From Tubiluchus corallicola (taxonomy: Eukaryota; Animalia; Priapulida): 64,000 bases of DNA. Location of the stretch: NCBI GenBank assembly GCA_030141605.1, contig JAQGDQ010000086.1, forward strand, positions 429,418 to 493,417. The letters run 5' to 3'. Of this stretch, positions 38,050 to 50,568 are shown in pieces (position 1 is the stretch's first letter; each line of letters opens with the position of its first letter). The translations under genes were made by a program, and so were the position numbers. The notes beneath the pieces are model-generated. The model searched no databases, was not told the origin of the DNA, and saw only the letters and a program-made list of their open reading frames with translations.

Positions 38050-39568
38050 TAAATCAGGGAAGAAAAGGCAATGTTAAATTATGTCCCAAAAAACTTTCCA
38101 TGCAATTCTATATTACTTAGCATTTCGCTTACCTGTTGGAGAGACTCATGTAACTAAAAATAATAATTTAAATGATTGTGCCAATTGGTAAAATGTCGCT
38201 GGCTCACCCTCCAAGGTGCACCATCACATGCTAAAAACGCATTTCTAATCTCATTGCCAAGATAACAGTAATTTAAAATTTTACTTAGTAACACGTATGC
38301 TGCGAATGCTCTGATTATTTTTTAAACGTCAAGCAATGTTATCTAAACTTGTTTCAAACGACCTACCATTAAAATGGCTGTGGCTAACCTGCAACGCGGG
38401 AGTTTAAATCTACGTTTTCCACTGCGCTATTGCCAGTGGAAGTTCTGCAGGTAAAAAGGCAGTACGTAAGTGGAATAAAATTTCAAGACAAAATTTTAAA
38501 GCTTTATGTAAGTGGAGGGTTTTCTTAGTGCTTTAGCACTGTGACGAGACAATTCAGAAAACAATTCAGAAAGATTTTTTTTACTAAATGAAGGACTACT
38601 GTTCCGCTACTTGGCTAATAATTCCTTTAAACAATTTTATCTAATGTTACACGGCCAAGAAGAAATTTTAGTAAAACATTGTCTGCAAATGCAATTCCAC
38701 GAAAATGAAAAAAACCCATCAACATTTGGACATAAGTTTATCCACAAACTTTGATAACGTCACTGTTCATCAAAAATTAAGCAAAACTGCGCCCGTCTTT
38801 GTCGTTAAACAAGAAGTAACTTGATTACGTCAAATTTTCTTGTGGCTAACATGCTGAACAGGTTCTGAAATCTAATAATGTCCGCGCCTGGCTTTCCTAA
38901 AATTTTGCGAAATTTTCAAAAAAGTTCTGCCACCATGCGGCCGGCTGCACGTATCAGCCATTAGATGTTAACAAGCATGACACAAAAGGCAGGCTGTTTT
39001 TTTTCTGTGAAAGTTGGATAGTGTCACTGAAACAATAGTGTGAAATGCTGTTGCAATATAACTCTTTAAACTTAAAGCACAAGAAAACCCTTTACTCGCA
39101 AAAAACTAAAAAAAAATTGTCTTGAAATTTTGCATCACTTACACGCTGCTTTGTTGCATATAGGACTTGCGTTCGCACTAACGCTATATAAAACTTGGTT
39201 AGATTCCTGCGATGACCGTTAGGCACAGCCATTTTGACGATAGGTCATATGAAACAAGTTCAGATAACAATGCGTAAACTTTGAAAAAATAGTCACAGTA
39301 TTCGTAACACTAACATTCACTAACTAAGCAAAAGTATAAATTAACGTGTTTTGTTAATAAAATCAAAAATAATTTTTTGGTGAATCAGTGGTGTACAGTG
39401 GGAAGGCAAGTCAGTGGCGTTTTATCAAATGGCATGAACATTTTAAATTACAAAGAACTTTCTCTTTTCTATTAGCATAAGTCATTCTTGGCAAGTGCTA
39501 TGCCAAGTAATATAACGTGTGGAATTTTTTTGGGACATACTTTAACATCGCCTTTTGTTTTCCTTTAA
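38050..39568. mobile_element. Foldback element with ~480-bp diverged inverted arms (Kolobok-like right terminus)
   Basis: aaaaggcaatgttaaattatgtcccaaaaaa (38062) pairs with ttttttgggacatactttaacatcgcctttt (39525); aaaatttcaagacaa...gggttttct (38477) pairs with agaaaaccc...ttgtcttgaaatttt (39082); right end GTTTTCCT|TTAA. Confidence 0.7.
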
Positions 39569-40353
39569 CTCTGTATGTGCCGAACCCTTCTTTTTATATG
39601 CTGATTGCAGCAAATGCAAAATACTGTAGCCTTGCATGAAATCGAAATATAACGTTACATTTTTTTGATGAGAAAATCCGTGCCATATTGTACCTCTAGT
39701 CAAAACGAAGTGCTTTAAAGTACCGTTTACTATACCGTCTGACATGCGTTTATGCAAAGTTATACACCAAGATACGAAAATAATTTTACTAATGCAAACT
39801 GTAGAAGAAAATACCTTAAATATTCTTCTCTAATGCAAATAATATTTTGCTAAAAACTTAATCAAGGATTTATTTACATCTGAGATTTATATTAATACCA
39901 TGATCTGTGCTCCGTAATTTGGCAAACAATTTAACCAAAACCAAGTTACGCTAGGTAGCTACATGTACAGAGAAAAACTTAAACATTTTGCTTGGTAACT
40001 GCACTGAATAACGCTGTCTTAAATTTATATACATCATTTAATAAACGTCTTGTTTCGCTGAACATGGCAGGGTGGAACGAAAGACTCCTATAAATTACAC
40101 GCAGCAGCCAAAGAGATGCCTGAAGCCAGATGGAACTTGACGTCATAAAGCTGTTTTAAGGCTTCATAAATACAGGCGTCCACATCGTATCTCTTTCTTG
40201 CACCATTAAATTATTGGTGATCAACTGGCGGCTATCAATATCAAAGGATCACAACTTGTGCATATCAAAGCAGTTCTTCAAATGTCCTTGGGCGACTCTT
40301 ACTGGCACTGTTGCCGTATATTCCTCCAGTACAAATCAACCTGTACGCAACGA

Positions 40354-41667
40354 GATACAGAATGCACAGATCCTGCGGTTGAGGAGGTATGGAATACACA
40401 GATTCTGCAGTTGAGGAGGTACGGAATACACAGATTCTGCGGTTGAGGAGGCACGGAACAGACAGATCCTGCGGTTGAGGAGGTACGGAATACACAGATT
40501 CTGCAGTTGAGGAGGTACGGAATACACAGATTCTGCGGTTGAGGAGGTACGGAACAGACAGATTCTGCGATTGAGGAGGTATGGAATACACAGATTCTGC
40601 GGTTGAGGAGGTATGGAATACACAGATTCTGCGATTGAGGAGGTATGGAATACACAGATTCTGCAGTTGAGGAGGTACGAAATACACAGATTCTGCGCTT
40701 GAGGAGGTACGGAACAGACAGATTCTGCGATTGAGGAGGTATGGAATACATAGATTCTGCGGTTGAGGAGGTACGGAATACACAGATTCTGCAATTGAGA
40801 AGGTACGGAATACACACATTCTGCGGTCGAGGAGGTACTAAATACACAGATTCTGCGATTGAGAAGGTACGGAATACATAGATTCTGCGACTGAGGAGGT
40901 ACGGAATACATAGATTCTGCGACTGAGGAGGTACGGAATACATAGATTCTGCGGTTGAGGAGGTACGGAATACATAGATTCTGCGGTTGAGGAGGTACGG
41001 AATACACAGATTCTGCGGTTGAGGAGGTACGGAATACACAGATTCTGCGATTGAGAAGGTACGGAATACACAGATTCTGCGGTTGAGGAGGTATGGAATA
41101 CACAGATTCTGCGATTGAGGAGGTATGGAATACACAGATTCTGCAGTTGAGGAGGTACGGAATACACAGATTCTGCAGTTGAGGAGGTATGGAATACACA
41201 GATTCTGCGGTTGAGGAGGTATGGAATACATAGATTCTGCGGTTGAGGAGGTAGGGAATACACAGATTCTGCGATTGAGGAGGTACGGAATACATAGATT
41301 CTGTGGTTGAGGAGGCACGGAATACACAGATTCTGCGATTGAGGAGGTACGGAATACACAGATTCTGTGGTTGAGGAGGTACGGAATACACAGATTCTGC
41401 GATTGAGAAGGTACGGAATACACAGATTCTGCGGTTGAGGAGGTACGGAATACACAGATTCTGCGATTGAGAAGGTACGGAATACACAGATTCTGCGGTT
41501 GAGGAGGTATGGAATACACAGATTCTGCGATTGAGGAGGTACGGAATACACAGATTCTGCGATTGAGGAGGTACGGAATACACAGATTCTGCGGTTGAGG
41601 AGGTACCGAATACACAGATTCTGCGGTCGAGGAGGAACGGAATACACAGAATCTGTAGTTGAGGAAC
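40354..41667. repeat. 32-bp minisatellite, about 41 copies (GAGGAGGTACGGAATACACAGATTCTGCGGTT)
   Basis: Period 32 (units at 40381, 40413, ...); contiguous units with point variants and no spacers. Confidence 0.97.
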
Positions 41668-43572
41668 AATAAAAACGAGCTAGGCAAATCTGGCGAACAG
41701 GTTCAACCGACATGCTGTTGGTAACGCCTCAAATTGAAAAAAACGTAAATGATTCCAGATGTGTACAGACAGAGCAAAAACTCCGTAAAAAGACAACAAT
41801 TAGTTTTTTTTGCTATCCATTACAGTTTAGAGTCCCATTATATTGACAATACAAATGGAAGAATTGTTAAATATTAAATGTCCATCCTTTTTAACTGACG
41901 CTTTTACATTTGTACTTATGATAAACTGTTTACTCAAAACAAAATTCCAGCTTGGTGGAATTAAAATTACATAGAATTAAATTAAACCAAACATGGTTAA
42001 CCACAGGTACAAAATGTCATGACAATAGTTATCACAATTAATCAAATTTGAAGAATCGCAGCTGCCTTTAATAATAAATAATAAAAAATCTACACAAATG
42101 TGCTGTACAATATTGGCAATATAAATTCTCTAAGAATTGCCTTATTTACATTCGGAATCCACCCAGTTCATAATTCTTTAATTACAGTAAATAAAAGCAA
42201 AATCAAATATCACATTCTGCTTAACTAAGATAAAAACTAATTAAGCTAAAATTAGTACAAACTTAATGAGTATAAAATGCACACACTTCATTAAATAGAA
42301 AGGCAGTTATAAATCTTAGTTTACTATTAGTTTGTTAGTGATCAATTCTAAACGTTACGTTTACTATTAGTTTCTTAGTAAAAAGACATCAGACAATCCA
42401 AGAGACAGTTAGTCTTCCAGTTGAAATGGAACAAATCTTACAAAATTAGCAAAAAAGGACGTTTTTAAAACTTTTATAGAGCGAAATAAAAAATGTAATA
42501 GCAATGAATTAAAAAAACAGTGCACGTCAATTTCTTTTCTTGTGATTTTTCTTCTGTTAGCTGTTCCCATTCTCTTTGTTAACAAATATGTCTAGATTAT
42601 TTTTTACTATGTAAATTATATGACATCAGACATGTTTATTTACCCAGTTAGCACAATGTTACAATATACAACAATTACAAATACATGATTGACAATGCAT
42701 GCCACTGCTATGACCATAGCAAAAGAAATTAACTTAGAAGCTACGCTCAACATGAATAGGCCTTAATTATGTCAAAAACTAACGTTTCTTTTTTGTATGT
42801 TTGTATAATTTTATTTTTATGACAAAAAAGCATTTCTACACCCGATGGACTATTTTTGGCTTTTACACATTTACTATAAAATTTCCTTGTCAGCCGATGG
42901 CAGAAAGTTAGAAAAATATAGCAGCAAAGATAAGAAATTTACAAAACTACATGGAATTCCTCAAGGCTCTATATAGGTACCATAAGTTATTAGAGCATCG
43001 AGTTTATATACAAAGTTTTATTTATGTTCTTTGCCCTTCAAAACTCCATGTACATATACAAACAGAAAATGAATTTCTTGATTGTTTAATAATAAGTTAT
43101 TAAGAGAAACGAAAGAAATTAAACGATAACTCTCAGCCGTCATTACTCATAAAAATTTGCAAATTACGCATGTTTTTACACAAGTACGAGAAAAGGATTT
43201 TTCTTAGAATTACATTAACTTTTCATTTCAGCTTATTAAGCATTTATCGTCATAATTTTGGAGAAATAAAGAACGCAAATAAGTTTTATTAAGATTTTAT
43301 CGTTCTAGGGAAAGCACGGAAATAACTTTTCGCAATTTGCTCACATGATCAAAACCATAAACCCAAGCCAAAAACCAATAAAGTTCAATTGAAAGGAACT
43401 GATAACGTTGTTGCCATTGGAGCCACAGGAAGTGACATTTTGATTTTCAACGTATTGCTAACTGAAGGAAGTAACAGGTCTTTTCTTGATAATCACATAG
43501 AAACTACTACAATGATAAATTTGGCTAAAGTTTACAATCCCGCACGCATAAGAAATTTGTTCCAGGGGCGAA

Positions 43573-43612
43573 TTAGGATTAGGGATAGGATTAGGGTTAG
43601 GGATAGGGTTAG
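43573..43612 (+). repeat. Short degenerate TTAGGG-like tract
   Basis: ttaggattagggataggattagggttagggatagggttag. Confidence 0.6.
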
Positions 43613-44292
43613 AATATTTAAATTGTGTGGGGAATTGTAAACTCCTTCCTTGAATTTTTTATTGTATAACAACTCGAGTTATAAATGTTCGAGACGCTAT
43701 ATTAGTAAAAAAAATTCCAGATTAATTGTACAGGTATTCCATAAACTTTTAAACCGAAACCATTATTGGTAGAACGAAGTTAAACGATTCTCAACATTAC
43801 AGCATTATTAAAGGCTACGGCATAAGAGCAATAGTGTCACTTTTATTAGGTTTACAGCGTAGTTAAATAAATCTGAAGTAAGTTTTAACTAATGTTTAAA
43901 TGTTTTCAACTGTGCTGCTTAAGCTGGGTAATCATATGACCTTGTTTCTAAAATAAAGTTTTAAAAACTACACTACGACTGTTTAAAACTACGGAAAAGC
44001 AACCTTTCCATACTGCATTTTAGTTTCTTGAAAAAATCTGCACCAAGCTTTTAAATGCGCAAAATATCAGCGCACCAGGAACCAATGGATTTTTTTCTAC
44101 AAAAACTCGCACAAACACAAACATATCTAGTTTTGTTATTGTTAGCTGAAGCTTCATGATGCTATCTCAAAAGTGAAGCAGCCAGAGCATCTGAAATTAG
44201 GGCAGCTAACAAGCTATTTTAGGTTTTTACGAGACACAGTCAGCAGGCCAATCACACGGATGCGGCAAACAACACGGGCAGGCGTCACTTAC

Positions 44293-44395
44293 CCGTATAA
44301 AAAAGTAAATTAAGAAAAATATGTTAAATGCGAGATCAATTTGCTGGGTCGTACTGTGCGTCCATTTCGGACACGTTTCCACATTTTCATGGCGT
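44293..44395 (-). CDS. slo: Slo1 exon: S1-S2 loop + S2, variant B (103 nt, phase 2->0)
   Basis: gttttgcag|A CGC CAT...ATA CGG|gtaagt; (E)[34 protein letters not shown]. Confidence 0.92.
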
Positions 44396-44932
44396 CTGCA
44401 AAACATTCGAAACACAATTTACTAGAAGACAAATTTACATTTAAATTTCAACATTCATAACTAATCCTATCCACTTATACAGGAAAATTCTGCCATCCAA
44501 GCGCAATCAATACACAACCTCTTGTTACAAGACCAGCATTTTGGAGGCAATAAGAACAATCTCTGTAACTGACTGCACTAAATTCTCGAGCGCCACAAGG
44601 TTCCATTTCTTGACCACTTGTTTTATACGTAAAATACCAAAAAAGTGGCATAAATAATTGCTAGAGAGTCACGCTACTAGCACATTATGTCAAAACTGTG
44701 GATTTTATCAAACTACAAGCACATCTTCACAGGACTTAGGTCGACCTATTCTACCACTTCCAGCTCTTAATGAATCAATTCAAAGAAATGAAATTGAGGA
44801 ACTGAGCAGAATTCTAATAACAGTTCATCGAAATAATATGACAACAAACTAACATCATCACTGAAGACGAGATTAGACAAAGTCCGATGTGAAGCTGTGC
44901 TTGGGTTGGTATACAACATCTACCATACTTAC

Positions 44933-45026
44933 CCTGAGAAAGAAGTACAGAAGAAAGAAAATATTGAAAGCTAAATCAATCTGTTGTGTTATGCTCTCTG
45001 CCCATGGCTCACACGTCTCTACAGAC
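44933..45026 (-). CDS. slo: Slo1 exon: S1-S2 loop + S2, variant A (94 nt, phase 2->0)
   Basis: gttttactag|G TCT GTA GAG...CTC AGG|gtaagt; (E)[31 protein letters not shown]. Confidence 0.92.
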
Positions 45027-48000
45027 CTAGTAAAACAGCGTTAGTTGAGTTAGTTAAAATGTTAGTAATAACAGACCAACCTGTAGAACAACTGATAAGC
45101 CTACTCAAACTGCAGAAGTATACAAACGATATTAGAAACAGATATTAGTAGTGTTAATTGAATAAGCTGGCAATACCAGTAGAAAAATGAAAGGTAGAGC
45201 TACCTATGTTCATTTCATGTCATCACAGTACTTTGTCATTTACCATAAATTCAATTCAATTCAACTTTATTTTCTCAATAACAGTTAAAAATTCCACATG
45301 ATTATTTTAACATTTTAATGTAACTGAGAAGGAGCAGCGATATTATATATAAAGGGTTATTAAACTAGGTTATATGACAAAAGGGTTACAAATTTTCAGA
45401 CACTAGAATTTGTATGTAAATGTTTTGAGGATCTGATGGATGTTGATGTTTTGCAGAGGATGCAAGAGCATCTAGTAGAATCAATTAAGAGCAAACTCAA
45501 TTTACATTAGGATGAAGCTAGGAACTGGTAATTTCAATTTAAATTCCCGAAGGTGTTTCTTTTTTTTTAAAGTATACGTTGAGTAATAGAAAGAGAGTGA
45601 AATTAGATGAATGTCAAAAACCAGAAAGGAAACTGCTCGGAAGAGTAAGTTAATCTGAATATCTCGGTATTTTATGCAGACACCACGTTAACTAAACATA
45701 TTTCTAGCACAGGGCTTAGGAAACAATGACAAAACGACCTTTTTCAATTCAGTTCTGAATTAGCAGCTAGTCAGTCAGATTAAATGCCCACATTCTGTGA
45801 ACAAGATTTCATCTAGCTTGAAAGAACAGACTGACGAAACATATACATCAAAGATAATGAAAATTTGGATACTTTTTAATGAAGACTATTTCAACAGCAT
45901 CCGTATCAGTGCCGGAAAACTGTTCATTTTTGGCATTTTGCTGAAAGGCAAGCATCCATAATGGATAAGAAGAAAAAGGTGCAAGTAAAAGGCAGAGCTA
46001 ACCTTGCCAGCACTTTCTTGTTGGAAAGTTAAGACAACAAATTCACTCGATGGCCGAGAAGTAAAGCATCAGAGTCATGCGCAGACGGAAAAAAACATAA
46101 AACTGACTTTATCTTTAACTCACCTCACCTGAAATGGAGTGCCGGGGGACTGTTTGGAGCCAGTGATAGTAAAAAATCATAAAACTGAAAGCAAGATAAG
46201 GTACAAAAACTACCTAAGAGCTGCTAATAAAACATCTACATTATCTTTATTACATGGCTATTTTCGAATAAAGTGCGAATCGAACTTTTCCACTCTTTCA
46301 TAAAAGCCAAATGATGGTGTTACACTCTTAAACGTCTAAATGTGCGAAATCGAGCAGCTTCTGTTATCTGTGCATGCTGTTTAGCGCATCTGCAGATCTC
46401 CGCAGTACCAGGTGAAGATTCTGGAAGAAGCATATGGGCGGTGAGTTCTCAATGCATGTGTGAAAAAGCCATAAAATTAGCAGAAAAACTGCCGATGATT
46501 CAACTGCAGCAGGCGGAGGATTCATTGTTGTTTATTTTCTTAAGAAAATTGTTGTCAACAGAAAAGTTTAGATGGAAGATTGAACTACCCAAATAAACGG
46601 CTTGCATGAGTTAGATAAGACAGAATGTTCTATGCACTAGAGCTGCGAGAAACGCCGAAAAGAACACGATTTCATCCAGTTTGAAAGAACGGACTGACGA
46701 AATATATACATGTATCAAAGATAATGAAAATTTGGACACTTTTTAACGAAGACTATTTCAACAGCATCTGTACATCATTTGCTTCAAAAACCTGCAAAGC
46801 ATTATAGAAAGCAATCAAGGATTAATTAGAGAGTCATAAGATCACAATTCACCGTGGGAGCAGCTGCGAGAAGATAAACAACTACACATTGAACTTGCTA
46901 ATATTAATTATCAATTGACTACTTGCCCAAGGCAATAACTTTGAGAAAGCAGGATACTTTCAGGAAAGCAGCAAGAAGTTCACTACAAAAGCAGCTCTGA
47001 AGAAAAACGAATAAAGCCATGCGATTGAAAATAATGCAATTACAAGTTTCATTGTTGTGCCTGATTAACTGGCCGGCCATTGAGAAATTTCACTTTTTAC
47101 ACAACATTCGCTAATATTGTTACAATAAGTATTTGCTTGTAAAAACAGCCAACGGATCTATTAAGAGGAGTTCTTAAGCTTTGTAATTATCACACTTTTG
47201 TGTCGAGACATTTTTATTTTTGTGCATTTTTGGTAAATTTGTTAAGTGTTTTATGCTGCTTCGTTCATTAAATGAGGCGTTTTTCATGGGACGTGTGTGG
47301 ATTTTTCTCAAGTAATTAAATTACTTGCCTACTTAAACACAAACAGCCAACATCCTCAAATAGCTAATGAAATATGCAACCAGAACAAGCTATTTGTGCA
47401 AATGCAGGACATAAATTTTTTGTGATATTTCTAAAAGAATTGTGTAAAATTTCACCCACAGATTAGCTGGAACAATTGGTTGCCATGGTGTTTGTGACAT
47501 GCAGCTGCTATGTTCATTGTCCTGCTGTAGCTTCTAGCATCACATGGGTATTGCTAAATTTGGTGTTACTATGGTGACTGAGCAACTTTTTGTCTGCCAT
47601 CTAGGTTCGAGTTAGAAAAACAATACAAGTGTGTAATTGCACTATTTGCAGTCGTAACGCATATTGGGTTTTTGCACGACAAACAACAGCATGATTTGAG
47701 CAGGTGTAGGGATAAGATGTGTAAATGAATAACATGCATGCATTTCACATCGGTCATCAGAAGGCTGCTAGTTCAATTCCTGACCTGGGAAATGTCTAAT
47801 TTTTCTGATAATGTATAATTATATAATCAGACGGTAATGACATTGTTAATTAGCTACTTAACGTGTGTGAAAAACTGTTGCTGAAACTTTAATTATCCAA
47901 AAACCAACAGTAGCCTATTATAAACACACATAACACATCAAACTCTTAGTAAGTATAAGTTACTAGTAAGCAATCATATGCTTAATATCCAGCATTAAAA

Positions 48001-49869
48001 TTTCTCCGATCTTCAGAGATCTTTGCTCTTTTCTGATGCCCTCGGCCATCTCAATGGCTTCAAAGCCCAGACGGAATTAAAACCTGACTGACGCTGTCAT
48101 CTGATTTGTCATCAAACCTGTGAAGGGATTACGCAAATACCTGTGAGAACCCAACAGCTGCAACGAATGTACCCTTTCTGACGTGAAAACAGAAAGCACC
48201 ACTTTCAAAATAATCAGAAGTGGCGGCTAGACATCGTAGTATGAAGGACCAAAGTGGTAGATGCCGATTCACCTGACTGCAGCTTAAATTAAGTAATTTT
48301 ATATTGAACTATGGTACTGGTAGAATTCCACAAAGCGGAAACTCTGGGAAACTGCACAGTGTATGTCACAGTTTGGTCCGCTAAATTTCTATGGCTGATA
48401 CAGAAGCAGCAGGCTGGATAAAAAATGACAACTTTTCATTAGATTCCGTAAAGCCCACTCTCCATTTGCCCAACAAAAATTGAAAGGCTGACATCAATGT
48501 AGCAGGATTATAGCTGGACAATCAGCAAAGATTTTATCTAATAGCTACAACTGATTAGCCGACTTAATGGAAGTATAAAAAGCTATCAGTGAATTGGGAA
48601 GGGTAAGCTCTTTAAAAGACCAAGTAGTTGATTGATTGATAGCTTCAGACTAGAGAAAGGCGAAAGTGGTTTTGTGGATCAATCGTTGATGATGATCGAT
48701 TACTGAAGTTTTTACAATTGCCTACCACCAATCTGACAGTTTCATCTGCTAACATTAAACTTAACTGCTTACTCTGTCTTAAAAACAAGATGTCATTATC
48801 TCTATCCAAAAATGTTCAGTTGTTAAGTAAAGCACTAATCCTATATAGACAAAATTATTGGTACGTCGTCTTTGCTGTGTTAACACCGATATCCCTTTGT
48901 ACTTTTGGTTCTTTAGAGGAGGCATCATCATGCATGTTGCTTTCTTGTCATTACTAATTATCTAATTTTTTACCAGCCCTTTTTAAATTGCTGCTAATAC
49001 ACGCCTATTGCATTTTGTGTTGTCTTTTTTAAGCTGCTTTAATGCATTGTTGAGTAGCTTTTCTACGCCTTATTATATTTCTTGTTGCCATTATGATTCT
49101 AGTCTTACACCCGCAAACTATTATATTACATAGCATGACTAGTGATTTAAATAATAATTACATATGTTATATTTTCACTCATAATTTTGCACTTTTTCAA
49201 TTCATATTTAATTTAAGCTTGAGTTTTTCACAATGAATATCAATTAAATTGATCTAATTTCACGCCCTTGCTTTTCAGGCACTACAGTTCATTGTTGATT
49301 TATTTAAGGTAGGGGTGGCTCGACTCGGCAACCGATTGGTTTTTCGCCACCCCGTCTCTGTGTATATATTGTATTATAATTGCATGTACTGTAATGTAAT
49401 GTGATCATCGAGACAAATAAAACGTACTGAGTATTGAATAAGCTAGGCCTTGATAAAAGTAAAGCATGTTTAAGTCCCCAGTCATTAGACTAACCTATTT
49501 ATCGAAATTGAAGTGCCACATAAAAATTGATTTTTATAATGGCTGAACGAACAAAAGTTGACATTTTTTGCACAAGTAAGCCGTTAAGATTCAAACATTT
49601 GTATGAGCAAACTTGAAGCATTACAGTTTTCGATTTTCTAAAAATACATCACTTAGATCACTGGCAGTCACCTAATGTCTAATTCAACATTAAGCAGCCA
49701 AAGACACATGCTTGCAGCAAATTTCTGGCATCAAACTGATTACCCATGCAGTCTCAGCAACTGCATTTATACAATAGTGAGGCACATTTAATTAAACGAT
49801 TGGTTAGATACTTAATTTATATGTTTAATTAATTTTCATGTCGTTACTGCTGGAAAGAATTGCAAACCC

Positions 49870-50174
49870 TTTTAGATTTTTTACTGAATTCAAAAAAATG
49901 TGAGTCTCCTCCCCAAGAATTGAACACAAGACCTGGGTGGTGGTGAGAAGGACAAACCATCACCCTGACAGATTATACTGATCGATTTATTCATTAATAC
50001 ACAACACAATGCTCTCGTTTTTAGATTTTTTTTACTGAATTCAAAAAATGTCAGTCTCCTCCCCAAGAATTGAACTCAAGACTTTCTGGGTGGTGGTGAG
50101 AAGGGTAAACCACCACACTAAACTACCAGGTTATGCCGTCTGATTTATTCATTAATACACAACACAACGCTCTC
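49870..50174 (-). repeat. Tandem pair of ~150-bp tRNA-derived (SINE-like) units
   Basis: Two copies of tttagattttttactgaattcaaaaaatg..agtctcctccccaagaattgaac..caagac...cattaatacacaacacaa; the reverse strand has B-box-like GTTCAATTC followed by a T run. Confidence 0.55.
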
Positions 50175-50506
50175 CCTGAAATTAATGCTTGTAATTCTGA
50201 CAGTTAGAAGTCAGTTTATAACTCACTCAATTGCTGAGAATTTCACAAACTTAATTGTTTTTCCAGGAACATTGGTTTCCTGTGACAAGCTTAATTCCAT
50301 CAAGTAACTGTAGATTATATAATTATTTGTAGACAAACTGGGCTGAAGTTGCAAGGAGCAAACAACACTGCATAAACTGTGCTTTTAACAATGAAAAAGT
50401 ACTGTGATTTTTGGATGCTACATGCCACTTTAGCTAAGAGCAAAACCATGCAGATGTATTAAATTGCAAACAGTAACTAGATATTCACATAGAAACAAAT
50501 ACTTAC

Positions 50507-50568
50507 TCAGAAGCATCGATGAAATAAATAACTAGCGAAGCTATGCTGAGCACAAATACAAGTACCAC
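50507..50568 (-). CDS. slo: Slo1 exon: S1 helix (62 nt, phase 0->2)
   Basis: tttctcttgcag|GTG...TCT GA|gtaagt; VVLVFVLSIASLVIYFIDAS. Confidence 0.95.

Larger units (their letters stand above)
8838..50568 (-). other. slo: Slo1/BK Ca2+-activated K+ channel alpha-subunit gene, partial span (S1 to start of RCK1-RCK2 linker); extends beyond both window ends
   Basis: 15 minus-strand exons with AG/GT boundaries and matching phases. They translate to S1-S6, S4 RFLRALR, pore [12 protein letters not shown]1 HIVVCGH...FLHEDR and CxxCH. Many exon sizes (62, 94, 112, 171, 92, 111, 106, 156, 77) match those I recall for vertebrate KCNMA1. Confidence 0.97.

Noticed and set aside
40265-41713. Long overlapping ORFs (184-462 aa), and possible CRISPR array
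   Set aside because: The ORFs arise from a stop-free 32-bp minisatellite that is open in all three frames. The units are contiguous with no unique spacers, there are no cas genes, and the context is a eukaryotic intron.
43573-43612. TTAGGG-like tract as a telomere or fusion site
   Set aside because: Only about 6 degenerate units; such tracts commonly occur inside repeats.
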